Source: Geosiphon pyriformis uo1
Lineage: Eukaryota > Fungi > Glomeromycota
DNA length: 64,000 bases
Reading direction: 5' to 3'
NCBI GenBank assembly: GCA_016748015.1
Contig: JAAOMT010000233.1
Location: 127,422 to 191,421, forward strand
In this document: one piece after another, positions 37,670 to 52,000 of the stretch
Numbering within the stretch: the first letter of the stretch is position 1
Layout: each line of letters begins with the position of its first letter
Position numbers and translations under genes: made by a program
The notes under the pieces: model-generated
Seen by the model: only the letters and a program-made list of their open reading frames with translations
Told to the model about the DNA's origin: nothing
The model's database searches: none

Positions 37670-40600
37670 TATTATGGGTAAACTTGGTAAAATAGAGAAA
37701 TGGTAATGTTTAGTGCTCTTAAGTATTGGTAATGTGTGTTTCATGTAATTTTAGTGGCTTAATTTTTAATTATCAGTTTCTAAAAGTCTTATTTTACTGG
37801 TTGTGAATTTACTTATTAAGTTTTTTGGTTATAAAGTATAGAGTTTTGATTTTCACTAATTGCAACTTTTTATAAAGATGAGCTTTCTTCTCTGAGCTAA
37901 TAAATGCAGTCATTAGGATCTAGTGTTGTCTTTTTGTCCTTTTGGTAAGCTATCAAGATAATATTAATATCTAAATACTTAGGAGGAGCTTTTTTCTTTT
38001 ACCAAGCTATTATAAAGTCTATTTCCAGACAGTCAATTTTACTATGTTGCCACTCCATAAGAGAAAAATAAAAAAAGAAAAAAAAAAGAAAAAAAATAAA
38101 AAAAATAAAAGAAAAGATAAATTAGTATCATCAATTGCCATGATCAAGAGCAATTGGTCCAAATCATTAATAGTTCGAGGTGGTTATACTAAGAGCATCT
38201 GTCTTGGAATAAAGATACAAAACAATGATTAATTCACATAAATTTCACAAAGTTTGAAAACATAAATTTGTGATTCTGATTTCTTAATAATTGATTTATT
38301 TCAGAAGATAAATATGGAATATAATAAATAATGAAAGAATATAGATATTTGATTCTTGTCTAGAAATTTGTATCTAAATGTTTTTCTATTTTCTTCAACT
38401 ATTTGTTTTTATATATTTTTTTGGTTTTATAGAATTGTTTTTTGATTGTTCTGTATTTGCTAACTATTGCTTTGCTATTTCTGTAATTGCTTTGTTCTTT
38501 TACATTAATACTAGTTATCCTATGTTATAATATATTATCTGGTATTATTACATATTATTCTGTATTATTATATGTTATAATACATTATTCTGTATTATCT
38601 TTAGTTATAATGCATTTTCTAATGTTATTGTGTACTATTCTGTGTTATGTCACATTTTGGTCATATTTCTTTATAACTTTGGATCAGTTTTTCTACTTGG
38701 ATAATATTATCTCTCTTTTTTTAGAATTGAGCTTCTGTGAAATTGTATGTATCTATTATTATGGCTTTGTTTGTGTAGTGTTTAATAATTGTGTCGAGTA
38801 TTGTTTTTTGTAAGTTTTTAAACTATTGATTGGTTATTTGTCCTATGTTATTAACTGTTATAGTCTTTATAGATCTATATAACAGTATATTTGGACAATA
38901 TTGGAAAGCAGTATATAGTTGGTATGCTGCTTTATAATATAAGATCAGGTTGCTTTTCTCAATAAATTTCTCTACTTGTTGTATTGCTTCTTTGTTAAAA
39001 GTTTTCTGGCTGAGATCTCTATATGGTGTCTTCAAATCTAGTTGTTTACCAATTTTGTAGAACTAATATGTTAGCAAAAGTTTCTCTTTCTATTTCTGGA
39101 CATTATCTGGTATTTATTCTCCTGTTTCAGAGAGTTTGGTTCCATGAACTAAAGCTTCTTTGATTTCTTTGAGCTCAGAAACCACATAATTTTTATAAAC
39201 TTTTTTTATTCCTGGTTTTATCCGAGAAGAAGCTTTTTACCAATTTTCTCTCTCAGGTATTAAGTAGGAGTAGGATCATTTAGTTCTAGTTGAACTCTCG
39301 TCCTTCTTTTTTCTGTTCTTATCTTTATATCATATCTCTTTTCTATTAATTGTCACTTCTATTTGAGCAGAAGATTGTTGAATTGTGTCAAATAGTTATT
39401 TCAAAAGTTGTAGAATTTAATCTGACAAGTTTATGTTGAAAGTTCTATCATTTTTTGCTGTTTTTTGGATGCTATATATATTTGAATTCCCTAATTTAAT
39501 TTGCTGTACATTGTTTATGGTACAATGATGATGATTGGTTCTAGATTTTGTGGTATATCTTTTGGTCTGATTAATGAAATTTGTGTTTTTAATTGAGGTA
39601 CTGATAATGATGATTCTTGTTTTGCATGATAAATTTTTAATTAATTTCTATGTACTACTTTCTTTAAAATCCTGTCTTCTAATCATAATTTGTAAGCTCT
39701 ATTGTCTAAAACTTCATATATGTAGAATAAACCATCCCACTTTAGATTGAACTTTCTACTCCATTATTTCTCAGCTTTTGTATAATGTAATAGTATTTGG
39801 TCTCTAATCTTGAATTTCATTGGTTGTTTAGATAGTTGTTTATTATGTCTTTCTTTTTGTTGTTTCTGAATATTACTAATGTTGTTAGTTGCTGTTCTAT
39901 AATTATTTTCTAATATTTCTATGAGCTGATATGTTCTATGGTATAAGATTGCTTTAAAATTCTCTTCAGTAATAGCTTTTGTTGAGTATAACTGTATTTC
40001 TTTTTCAATAAGTAGAGTGGTTTTTTTTTCATAAACTAATTCAAATAGTGTGAACTAAGTCATATTTTGTTTCAGTGTTTGGTATGCAAAAAGTACAAAA
40101 AATATGAATAAGTCCCATTCTTATTTGTTTTCATGACTTATTTTTGTTAGTGCTTTACACAGTGTTTGATTAAATTATTTTACCAATTCATTTGTTTGTG
40201 GGTGATATGGTAACAATAAAAACTATTTTATTCCAAACTGTTGACTTAATTCGGTTAACATATTATTTACAAAATGCATTCCTTGATTAAATAGCAGTTT
40301 TTTTGGACATCCATGTCTGCAAATTAGCTCTTGGTATATAAACTCAGCTACTGTTTTTGCATTTGCTACTTGGATAGCTCTGGCTTCTTGCCATTTTGTT
40401 AAATAGTCTATGATTACAGTAATATAACAATTTCTTTTGGATGTTATAGAGAAAGTACCAACCAAATTGATCCTAATTCTATCAAATAAATTTTCAACTG
40501 GAATAGGTCGAAATGGTTCTGTTATTTTGGCTTCTTCTCTTTGCTGGCATAAGTTACAATTGAGCATGTATTCAAAAATGTTTTTGTATATTATTGGCCA

Positions 40601-43600
40601 ATAGTATAAATTTAGGGTTCTTTTGAGAGTAGCATTTTTGTTAAAGTGTTCTGCAGTTGGATCAGAATACATACTGTGTAATATAGTTTCTTTTTCATTG
40701 TTTTTAATAACTTATTGTGGAATGGAGCAGTTTTGGTGTTCTTGCCAATATAGTTGGTTGTCTTGAATAAAATAATTTTGGGCTTGTTTTCATATGGTAC
40801 TTTGTTCCTGTTAAGATAATATCTCCTTAAAATGTAGTGTTAATAGATACTAATGTAGACAGTAGTAATTGGTTGTGTCCATGGGTCTGGGATTAAGTTT
40901 GTGATATCTTTAACAAACTGTCAGCATTGGTGTTTTTGGATCTTTTTTTGTAATAAACTTTGAGTGGAAATTGTTGTAGATAAGTACTTTATCTTGCATA
41001 TTTTCTTTCTAATTGTGGATTGTTAAGTAATCAAACAAGTTCTTTATGATCAGTATATAGATCAAAAGGCAAGCTGAGGTAATGTCTCCATGTTTGTATG
41101 GCCCAATAAATGGTGAGACATTCCAGATCTATCGTGCTATAATTTTTTTCTGCTGGATTAGTACTGTGACTGGTGTAGACAATTAGATGTTCTCTATTGT
41201 TCAGTCCTATCTGTAATAAGACTGCTCCTAGAGCATTTTTCAAGACGTTTATAGCAACAATAAACCATTTAGTGAAATCTGAGTAAATCAGGATTGGAGA
41301 TATAATCAATCACTGCTTAAGATAGTTAAATGCTTTCTGTTGGTTTTTTTTTTATAGGTATGGCACGTATTTGGACAACAAGTGGTGAAAGGGTTTTGTG
41401 ATAGTTGAAAATTCTTTGACAAATTGGCAGTAGTATCTCACCAATTTTAAAAATTCTCATAACTCTCAAAAGTTAATTGGAACTGGAAAATTTTTAACTT
41501 TTTGGACCTTGTCTGGGTCAGTTTTACTTTGTCTTTGCCAATCACATGTCCTAAGAATTTCAACTCAGTTTTCCCAAAGAAACATTTTTTGAGATTAAAT
41601 TTTAATCTGGCATTTTAAAAGCATTCAAAGATTTGTTGAAGGTGCAGCAGATAATCATTAAATGTTTTAGAGAACATATTTGTGTTGTCTAAGTAAACTA
41701 CAACTAATTTCCAAAAAATTTCTTTATAAACAACATTCATAAGGTGTTGGAACATGGCAGGAGCATTGCAGAGTCCAAAAGACATTACATTGAACTTGAA
41801 ATTTCTGTCTCAAATGGTAAATGCCATTTTTTTTTTATCTTTGAGATTCATTTCGACCTGCCAATATTTGCTGACTAGGTTTAATAATGAGAACCATTTC
41901 TTTTTTTCTAGATTGTCCAGAATTTCTTGGATAAGGAGAGTGGAGTAATTATCTCTTTGGGTGATGTTATTTAATTTTTGGTAATCTATACAGAATTGTA
42001 CTTTTCTGTTTTTTTTGGTGACCAAAACTATTAGAAAAAACCAAAGGCTTAATGATTCCTTAATTAAGCCATTGTTGAACATTTGTTGGACTTCTTGTTT
42101 GATAAAATTGTTGCCAAATAGAGGTACTCAGTAAGCCTGCTATTTAATAGGTTGTACATCTCTCATATCAATCTGATGCTTTACAATATTAGTGCATCTG
42201 AACTTTTTTTTACTGGCAAAAACATCAGCATATTGATTTAAGAGAACTTTAAGTTGAATTTGCTAGAGAGTACTCAGGTTTTTCAAGTGTAGTTTGTCAA
42301 TTTTTTCTGGTGTAAACAGGTAACTTTTTTTTGACAAGTTTTATACTTGTAAGATAATATCACAAAATAAAAATAGCTGTGCAAAATCTGGAATGGACTG
42401 GGGTTTTTTGGAATATTGAATATCCAGTAAGATAGAACCAATGAAGATTCCTTTAGAAATTTCAATTACATCTTCTATTGGGTTGTGGATGGAAATTTTG
42501 AAGTGTTTATGAACTTTGGCCAGTAGGTATAAGTTAGCAACATTGGCTAGAGAACAAATTTCAGAATCAGCTTCAAATAACAGGGCTTGATCTTGGATCT
42601 TTTGATTTATCTTGAGGATGTATTGTCAGTAAAGAGGAATGGAAATGACTGTGTCAGTGTAGATAAGTTCTACTTGATCACTATCTTCTTCTATGAAGTT
42701 GATTGGTACGTTTTCTCTTCCACTTGATCTAAACCCATTGATTCTTTGAGCTGTAAAACCTAATTTTTCTCGGGTTGTTACCAAGATTAATTAGGGTATT
42801 TTGACTAAGGGTAAGAAAATAGCTTGGGCAATCTTTTCTTATGATTTTATTTTGAAGGGTTTGTCCAAATTGTTCTATAGCATTATAATAATGTTTTCCA
42901 TATAACCAGCATCAATAATTCTTCTCTTTATGTTGATTTTTTTTTGGCTAAACTAGATCGAAAAGCAACTTGTACCATTGTACTAACAAAAATTTCTAAT
43001 GCTATCTTAAGATTTATTGTTACAAGGGAATGTGGAACTATAACTATGATTAATTGTTTAGGGTATTATAGGTTGAAACCAGTATTGGTGTTATGTACTT
43101 TTACAGAGCAGATTTCTTTCTTGTTGTTACTGTACTATTTTAATTCTAATTCTTTGGATAGGTCGGGATATGTGAGATACTGTTTTGTTTTGGTATCCTC
43201 AGTTGGATCTTAAAATAACATGTCCTCAATGATTAATTCCTTTTTTACCTTAGGTTCCAGTAGTTCAGTGATTGGGTATAGTTTTCTTGAAGGCAGGTTA
43301 AACATGATATTGCATTTGTTGTAGTACTGAAAGTGACAAGAAATCAAACAATGATTGCACAATTTCATGTTTAAGTCAGCTAGTCTTTGTTTTTGTTCTT
43401 CCCTAGTTGATGCCAGGTTCTAATAGTGCTGTGGAAGTATTCTGAATTGTCTTTAATGTTGCCAAAAACATCAAAAGTCATGATATATTCAGGTTCTAGA
43501 AGAGATAAGAGGTTGTTTTTGATTTCCAGTAATTCTTGGTTGTAGTGCTCTCTATTTTTGCATTCGTTATTCTCCAAATCTTATTTTTATCATGGAGATA

Positions 43601-46600
43601 CCTGTCCAATTATCATAACACTTATTTTTAGGCATCATCAATTAGAGTTCTTTTTTGTACCCAATTATTGATTAAGATAGTGTATTGACATGCTTCATTA
43701 CATGTTTTTTCTCTGCTAAGAATATCATTCTATAGTCCTTCATCTGGCAGAATTTTGCCATAGGCAAGACATAATGTATTGTCCTATTTGTCTTGTTGTT
43801 TTGGTCTGCCAAATTTTTTTAACATACAAAGTCTACAGTAATATTTGGTGGCAGTTGGCTATTTCTCATCATCTCCAATATATGCACCCATAGAAGATAA
43901 CTTTTTCTTATAGTTAACACAAATTAATTTCAGAGTTCAATATCATTGACTTTCTTGACTTGAGACAAAATAGCTTGCAGGTGCCAATTTTAGTTTTTTT
44001 TCTGCTTTTCCCTTTCTTTTTTCTTTTTAAGTTGGTGGCAGGAGTAACTTTGTTTGAAAATTGTCCACCCACAAAACTTTGATAAGTTTTTATGATTAGT
44101 GGTAGTGTTGTGTCTTCAAATTCAATTAGCAGTTCCTCTAAGCTTTGAACTTTGAAGTGTCCACATGTAGCTGAAACTCAAACATGTTATCTATTAAAGG
44201 TGATTTGTAATTCCTGTGTGTTTTAGTCAAGAATGGCATGAGTTTTGGCCAACCAGTTGTTTCCAATGAGAGCTTGATATTGCATGACTTCTATAACCAA
44301 GACTTTTGTAAGAATTTGAATTCCATTGATTTCGAAGAAGAAGTTATTAATTTTTCTGATTGGAGTTTTGGTATTGCCATCTGCAGTAATGATTTGGACA
44401 ATTACAACACAATCTACTTGGTGACCTAATTGATCCATGAGTTGTTTTGTTATTATACTGCCTGTTGATTTACTATTGAGAATTAATTTAATGTCTATGT
44501 TTCCAATTCTAGCATTGGTGTATAAGGCCATGATTGGTTTGTCCTAATTTATGGCAGCTCTACTGAAAAAACTATTTGTGTTCAGACCATCAATATTAAA
44601 AGGGAAGATAGCAGCAAGGGTAATATCTTCAGTAATAGTGGCAGGTAGAATAGTATTGTTGGTTTGATTTTGTCTTAAAGAGTTAAGAGTCTTTTCTACA
44701 TCTTTTTTTTCTAAAGATATAGAGCTATAAAAATCCTGGTTTTTAGTGAGACCAAAATATAAGACTTGATTAGAGTATCCGATTGATGCTGGTTGAGATA
44801 AGACATTACTAAAATTTAGGAATTGCAATAGTATATTGTTAGTTGGCATCTGATTGTTGTTGAAGTTTTTTTATTCTTGGTTGTAGTCAATTACATAATA
44901 TCTAAGTTGGTTATAAGCAGAGTTTTAGTACTGGGATGCTGCTTAAGTCATTGGCTACAATAACTGATAGTAGTTCTGAGATGGTTGCTGAGTATACTGA
45001 ATTTGTTGTAAGTATTGAGACAATTAATAATAAGCATAGGATATTGGAATACTATGTTTTGAGAGTATTTCGGTTGCTAATATTAATTTCCTTGATTTTG
45101 GTCCATTACTTTCTTACAGCAGTCTCGGGCAATGTGTCTGAGTTTCTGGCAATAATAACAATTACAGAGATTGGGTCTTCAAGATTGTTGTTATTGCTGA
45201 CAATTTTGTTGTTATTGGTATCTGTTATTATTACTATCTTTTCATTGTGGTGACTGGTAGGGTCCTATAGTACTGACTAAAAATTCCTCAATTTTTTGAG
45301 TTAATTTCTCACTTAATTGAGTTATTTTTGTGTCAATATTGGATGTTCTATTAATAGTCAGATTAATGGCTTGAGTATAGGTAGTCTCTTGTTCTGCTGA
45401 CTTAAAGTTACAAGCAAAAGTAACTGCCTCTTGTAAGTTTGTTAGGTGGTAGAGTCTTACAGATTGGGGAAGACTGCTCTTTAATCTTTTGACAAATTGA
45501 TTAAAAATTTGTACCACAGTGTAGTAGTCTCTTTCAATGACCTGAATTTAACAAAAGATTTGATTGAATTGTCCAAAATAAGTGGTCACTGCTTCATGAT
45601 CTTTTTGTTTTATAATACTAAACTGATTTTGTAATTTAATAAGAGTGTTCAGGTCACAAAAATATTGCAAAAAGACAAGTTTAAAGACAGCGAAGTCAGT
45701 TGGTTTCTCTACAAAACTTTGATATCATGAATCTGCAGTTCTAGTTAGAAAAAATAACAACACTTAAATGGCTCTATCATTATTCCAATTGTTGGCAGTG
45801 ATGGCTTTTTCAGCTTCCATAATTCATGTATATGCATTATCTTCTTTACCAGAAAATTTTTTTAATTTGGCAATATCTCAGTAAGTCATAATTTGGTGAG
45901 TAGGTGGAGTCTTACTGGTTGATGCTGAAAGATTTGGTGTTTGTATGCTAGAGTGTTCTTCTGGTGCTAATTTTGGTTGTTTCTTTTTATTAATTTTCCC
46001 AATGGGCTAAAAGATAGCTGTTTTTTCAGAGGGAGTAGTTGATGATTCAGTCAAGAGTTAGGTTGATGGTGGTTCTTACATTGATATATTTCTATCTGTT
46101 TTATTGATTGTTGGAATGAGGTTCTCAAATAATAATCCATATTCTTTTAGAGATCTGGTCCAACTGTTGTAACCCTATGGGTGTTGATTTTTGGGAGTTT
46201 GTGGTGTTTCTGCCTGGGTTTCCATGGTTGGATTAAATACAATTCTACTTTCTGATGTCTGATAGTATAATAGAGTTGTTGGAAAGAAGAATCTTGGTTT
46301 CTTGTTAACTGTAGACTTGGCTTAAGCAGTTGTGGGGTTGTTGGATTCATCTTCGTATTTCTTAGAGTTAGATTTCACTAGTTGTTATACTTAAGGAAAT
46401 TGTTTTAGCACATAATATTTAATGTCTGTATCAATTATGCGCAGAGTTTCAGCAATTGCTCAGATAGTTATAGCTGTTGAGTATTCTAATAAGCTTTGAT
46501 AGATTTGTTCTTCCAGTTTTTCTGTATTAGTTGTGCAGCCTAATAAGCAGTTGATTTTTGTGTTGATATAATTACAAAAATCACTTTCTGCATAAGTGGT

Positions 46601-47791
46601 TTTTGCTGGTATTTCTAAATCTTTTTGAAAGTATTGAAATAATGCTCTTCCATATGAGAAGTGTTTTTTTTTTTACTGTTCCAATAGTTACTATTTTTGT
46701 GAATTTCTGGAGTGCTCTGTCTCTGTAGATTTATAACTTCACAGAAAACACCAAATGTTATGTGTAAACTTAATAGAATAGGGAAATAGTAATGTTTAGT
46801 GCTCTCAAGTATTGGTAATGCATGTTTTACATAATTTTAGTGGCTTACTCTTTGATTATCAGTCTTTGAAAATCTTATTTTACTGGTTGTAAATTTACTC
46901 ATTGAGTTCTTTGGTTATAAGGCACAAAGTTTTAGTTTTTGCTAATTACAACTTTTTATAAAAGTGAGCTTTTTTCTCCAAGCTAATAAGTACAGTCATT
47001 AGGGTCTGGCATTGTTTTTTTGCTTTTCTGGTAAGCTATCAAGATAATATTAATATCCAAATATCTTGGAAGAGCTTTCTTTTTTTACCAGGCTATTACA
47101 AAGTCTATTCTTAGATAGTCAATTTTATTATGTTGCTGCTCCATAAGAGAAAAATAAAGAAAGAAAAAGAAAAGAAAAAGAAAATAAAAATAAAAGAAAA
47201 GATAAATTAGTATCATCAATTACCATGATCAAGAGTGATTGGTCCAAATCATTAATAGTTTAAAGCAGTTATGCTAAGAGCATCTGTCCTAGAATAAAAA
47301 TATAAAACAATAGTTAATTCACATAAATTCTACAAAGTTTGAGAACATGAATTTGTGATTCTGATTTCTTAATAATTGATTTATTTTAGAAGATAAATAT
47401 AGAATATAATAAATAATAAAAGAGTATAGATATTTGATTTTTGTGTAAGAATTTGTATCTAAATGTCTTTCTACTTTCTTCAACTACTTGTTTTTATACA
47501 TTCTTTTGGTTTTACAGAATTGCTTTTTGATTGTTCTGTTATTGTTAACTATTGCTTTGCTATTTCTGTAATTGCTTCATTTTTCTATATTAGTACTAGT
47601 TATCCTATGTTATAACATATTATCTAGTGTTATTACATGTTATTCTGTGTTATCTCATATTATAATATATTATTCTGCATTATTCTCAATTATAATGCAT
47701 TATTCAATATTATTGTACACTATTCTGTGTTATGTTACATTTTGGTCATGTTTTTTTATAACTTTGGATCAGTTTTTCTATTCAGATAACA
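37670..47791 (-). mobile_element. Element G: full-length decayed Ty3/gypsy (D-related) nested in gag of D
   Basis: LTRs 46756-47791 and 37670-38706; PBS ~46740-46753; gag ~45100-46690, protease 44223-44531, Cys-rich ~43300-43945, dUTPase ~42720-43150, RT/RNase H ~40900-42200, integrase ~39530-40880, ORF3 ~38715-39480; TSD TTGG/TCAG. Confidence 0.93.
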
Positions 47792-49024
47792 TCAGCCTAA
47801 CAGACAGTCAATTTTTTTGTGTAGATATTGACAAAATTTTTTTTTAGCAGTGATGGTTTTAAGTGGTATTTTCAAATCTTGCCTAAAATATTGCAATAAT
47901 GCTTTTCCATATGGTAAGTAATCTTTTTCTATTGTTTTAAGAGTCACTACTTTTGTCAATTTCTGGAGTGCTCTGTTTCTGTAAATTTTATAACCTTACA
48001 GAGAGCACCAAATATTATAAATAAACTTAGTAGTATATAGTAATAATGTTTAGTGCTCAAAATTTGAAGTTTTTAAGGAGCTTTTAATAGTTTTTTAGTA
48101 AGCTTGTTTGTTATGTTAGTGTTATCAGTCTTTGAAGGTCTTTTAGATTGTTATGAATTTATCTATAGAGTTTTTTGGTTATAAGACACAGAAAAATGTT
48201 TTATAGTGTTACAACATCTTGTATATGAATGTGAACTATCTTTTCTGAGCTAATTAGCACAGTTATTAAAGTCTGGCAGTGTTTTTTCGCCCTTTTTGTA
48301 AGCTACCAAGATAATGTTAATATCCAAACTTAGAGAGAGCTTCTTTCTTTTACCAAGCTATCATGAAATCTATTTTTAGATAGTCAATTTTTCTATATTG
48401 CCACTCTACAAGAGAAAATTAAGAAAAAATAAAATAAAATAAAATAAAATAAAAGAAAAAAAATGAAAAAAAAGAATATAAAAGAAGATGAATTAGTATC
48501 ATCAATTGCTATAATCAAAAATGATTGGTTCAAGTCATTGAAAGTTTGAGATGTTTATACTAAGAGCATCTGTCTTGGAACAAAATAATGAAACAAGAAT
48601 TAGTTTAATTTACACACAAAATAATTAATGACCATGTATTAAAAATTTTGTGGTTTTTAAATAAGTCCTTTATTTTTGTAAAATATAATAATTATAAGAA
48701 AAAGAAAAATTAATTCTTGTCTGAATGTTTTTTTAACTTTTACAACTACTTGTTTTTATACATTTTTTTTGGTTCTACAGGATTGCTTTTTAATTGTTTT
48801 GTTTTTGCTAACTATTATTTTACTATTTTTGTTATTGCTTTATTCTTCTATATTATTACTAGTTATCTTATATTTTAATTAGTTATTTTATACTATAACA
48901 CATTATCAAATTTTGTATTATGTTATTCTAAGTTATTATGTATTATTCTGTGCTATTTTATGTCATTACATTTTTGGTCACATTTTTTTCATAACTTTGA
49001 ATTGGTTTTTTTACTTGAATAACA

Positions 49025-52000
49025 ATATCCTAAGAAAAACCAAGTTCTTTTTAACTTTAGACTTGGAAAGCAGATACTAACAAGTTGAAATAGATTTTAA
49101 AAACCACTCCAAAACAGCTTTTATCATTTAAAAAAAAACTATAAGTTTAATATTATGTCTTTTTAACTTTATAATATATTAATAACATTCCAAAAATTTA
49201 TGGGTGTTGTTTATAAAAAACTTCTATGATAATTAGTAATTGTTTATTTTAATAATACTAATATATACTCTTCAAGTTTCAAAGCTTATTTGATTCATCT
49301 ACAAAAAAGTTTTTCAACAATTATGAAAAACAGAATTAAAATTAAACATTAAAAAATATTATTTTGAAAAAATGAGTTTGATCTTTTTTGGATACATAGT
49401 CAGCAAAAATGGAATTCAATCCAACTTAAAAATAATTAGTACTGTTAAAAACTTTCAAGTTTTTCAAAATACTATAGAATTAAGAAAATTTATAGAATTA
49501 ATCTCTTATTACCAAAAGTTTATTAAAAATTTTTTTGAAATTGCCAAACAACTCAATTATTTAACAAATAAAGATATTAAATATTAATAGACTCAAGCTT
49601 AACAACAAACATTCAATACTTTTAAAGAAAAATTTATTATAGCTCCAATTTTTGCTTATTCAAATTTTAGCAAAAGATTCTAGTTAGCCACCAATGCATC
49701 ACATACAGCTTTTGGTGCAATTTTATTACAATTAGATAACAATAACAATGAATAAATAATTGTATATGTTAGTAAAATACTTAAGTCAACAAAACTTAAA
49801 TATGGCTCAATTAAATTAAAAGCAGCAGCTATTATCTGAGCTCTTAAATACTTTCAACAATACTTTCAAAATGAATCTTAATTTAATATTATCACAGATA
49901 ATATTAAATTTAAATAGCTTAATAAAAAAAGTTCAGAATTCAGTTCAAAGCAATCTTAATAAACTGGTTTTCTAGCCAATTACAAATACATTATACATTA
50001 CAAACCAAGAAAATTACACCCAAATGTTGATAGTTTTTTCAAAATAAGGCAAAATTAAGACTTATATTAGTAATCTAATAACTTAACAAAAAAATTAGTA
50101 ATAAAACAATAGATACCAAAAATTACAACAATATCAAAAACTATTTAAAAACTCTTAATATATTAAAAAATTGGTCTTCAGTTAAAAAACACTGATTACA
50201 AAACCAAGTAAAACAATACTTTATTCATTATAACAGAATCTATTACTAAAATTACAAAAACTCAACAAATTTATTTAGATTAGTCTAACAAAATAAAAAA
50301 AACTATCTTATATAACATATATACAGATTTGTGATTAGTATATTTAAAAAAAATAGTACAATTTTTTAACAGAGTTAGTATCAATTTAGTTAGATCACTA
50401 CTCATTATAATTCAAAAAAACTGTTATATTGCAGTTGTAGTAAATTATTTTATCAAATAGCTCAAAGTTAAAGTTATTTAAAAAACAGATGTAAAATCAG
50501 TAGCAAATTTCATTTATAAAGACATTATTATAAATATAGATGCCCAATTGAATTTTTATTTAATCAAAAAACACACTTTGTAAACAACTTAATACAAAAA
50601 ATTTGTGAACAATTAAAAGTTAAAAAACTCTTATTATTATATTATTACCTCCAAACAAATAGATTAATAGAATATTTTAACTAAATATTATGTGAATTAC
50701 TAGCCAAAATCTCAACCAATTTTGAGCAAAAATAAAATATCTTTATTTTATTAGTGTTACTAATATATAAAACACTAAAACAAGATACTATAAAACACAT
50801 ACTATTTGACTTTACATATAGAAAAACAGCAATATTATCAATTAATTTTACAGTAAAAACATACCTAATACAATCAATTAATAAAAAAAACTTTCAAAAA
50901 ACACTCTAATAAAGAGCTTACATCTTTTTTAATATGTTGAAAAAAAAAAGACAAATAGCAGCAATTCATATTAAACATTTTTAAGCTCAATAAAAAAACA
51001 GCATGATATCAAATTGACATTAGTTATCAACGAATTTAAAGTTAGAAACAAAGTTTTCTTACATAAAACTAAGGCTAAAAAACAATAGAATAGAAAATTT
51101 GAACATAAATAAGACAGATTATTTTATATTTACAAAATTTTAGGCAATAGATTAAACAAGTTAAGACTTGATAACAAAGTTCTAGTCAAAGTTGCACATA
51201 GAGATTGATTGAAGCACTGTTATTCCAAAAACAATTCTAAATCATTAATTCTACAAATTAGTACACATTCTCTTTTAATTAATTTTGAAGATATTTTCTA
51301 AAATTTAGAATTAATAGTTGTAATAAAACAATAACCAAAGCTGAATATTTAATTTATTTTATCAGGATTTTTTTTAAAATAATACAGAAACATTAAACAA
51401 AAATAAAAAATAACCACCAGAAAATATCCATACCAAAAATATATAAAACTCTTATACCAAAAATAATTTCTTTCTTATTTTTTGTTTTTACAAATTTATT
51501 TAATTTTCATTTAACTTTATAATACTTATTTTATAAAACATTCAACAAATACTCTAAAAATTAATGTTAGCTTTAAAAACACTCCCAGACTTATTTATAA
51601 CAGTCAATAGAAGTCAAATTAATTACATTCAAAAAAAAACTACAGCTCTAATAGTAAATAATTCTCAGAAATATTATTTTTATAGAAGAAACACAAAAAA
51701 TTATTCTGGAAGTTAATTACCAGAACTTTTGAAGCAAGCTTTGAAAAAAAACTTATTATTTACACCCATTGACATTTTTTTAAATGCCACAATATAACAA
51801 AAACTTCAAATATGTCTTAATAAAAACAGTAAATATACCCTAGTTATAATATTTTCAAATTGGAAAAACACTTTACCAATAAAAACTGGAACTCAAAACA
51901 ACCAATCTCACTTCTAAAGTAATACAAAAATGAATACACAACAAATTCAAGACAACAGCTGGACTAACAAATGTTTGTTATAGATTTAGAGCAGTTTTTA

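Larger units (their letters stand above)
28168..49024 (-). mobile_element. Element D: Ty3/gypsy with dUTPase and ORF3, inserted in the RT of B; hosts G and a solo LTR
   Basis: LTRs 48013-49024 (5') and 28168-29192 (3'); PBS TGGTGCTCTCTGTAAGG (~47994-48010); PPT ~29193-29210; decayed TSD ATGT/ATAT; dUTPase ~33860-34300; ORF3 ~29200-30000. Confidence 0.92.
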
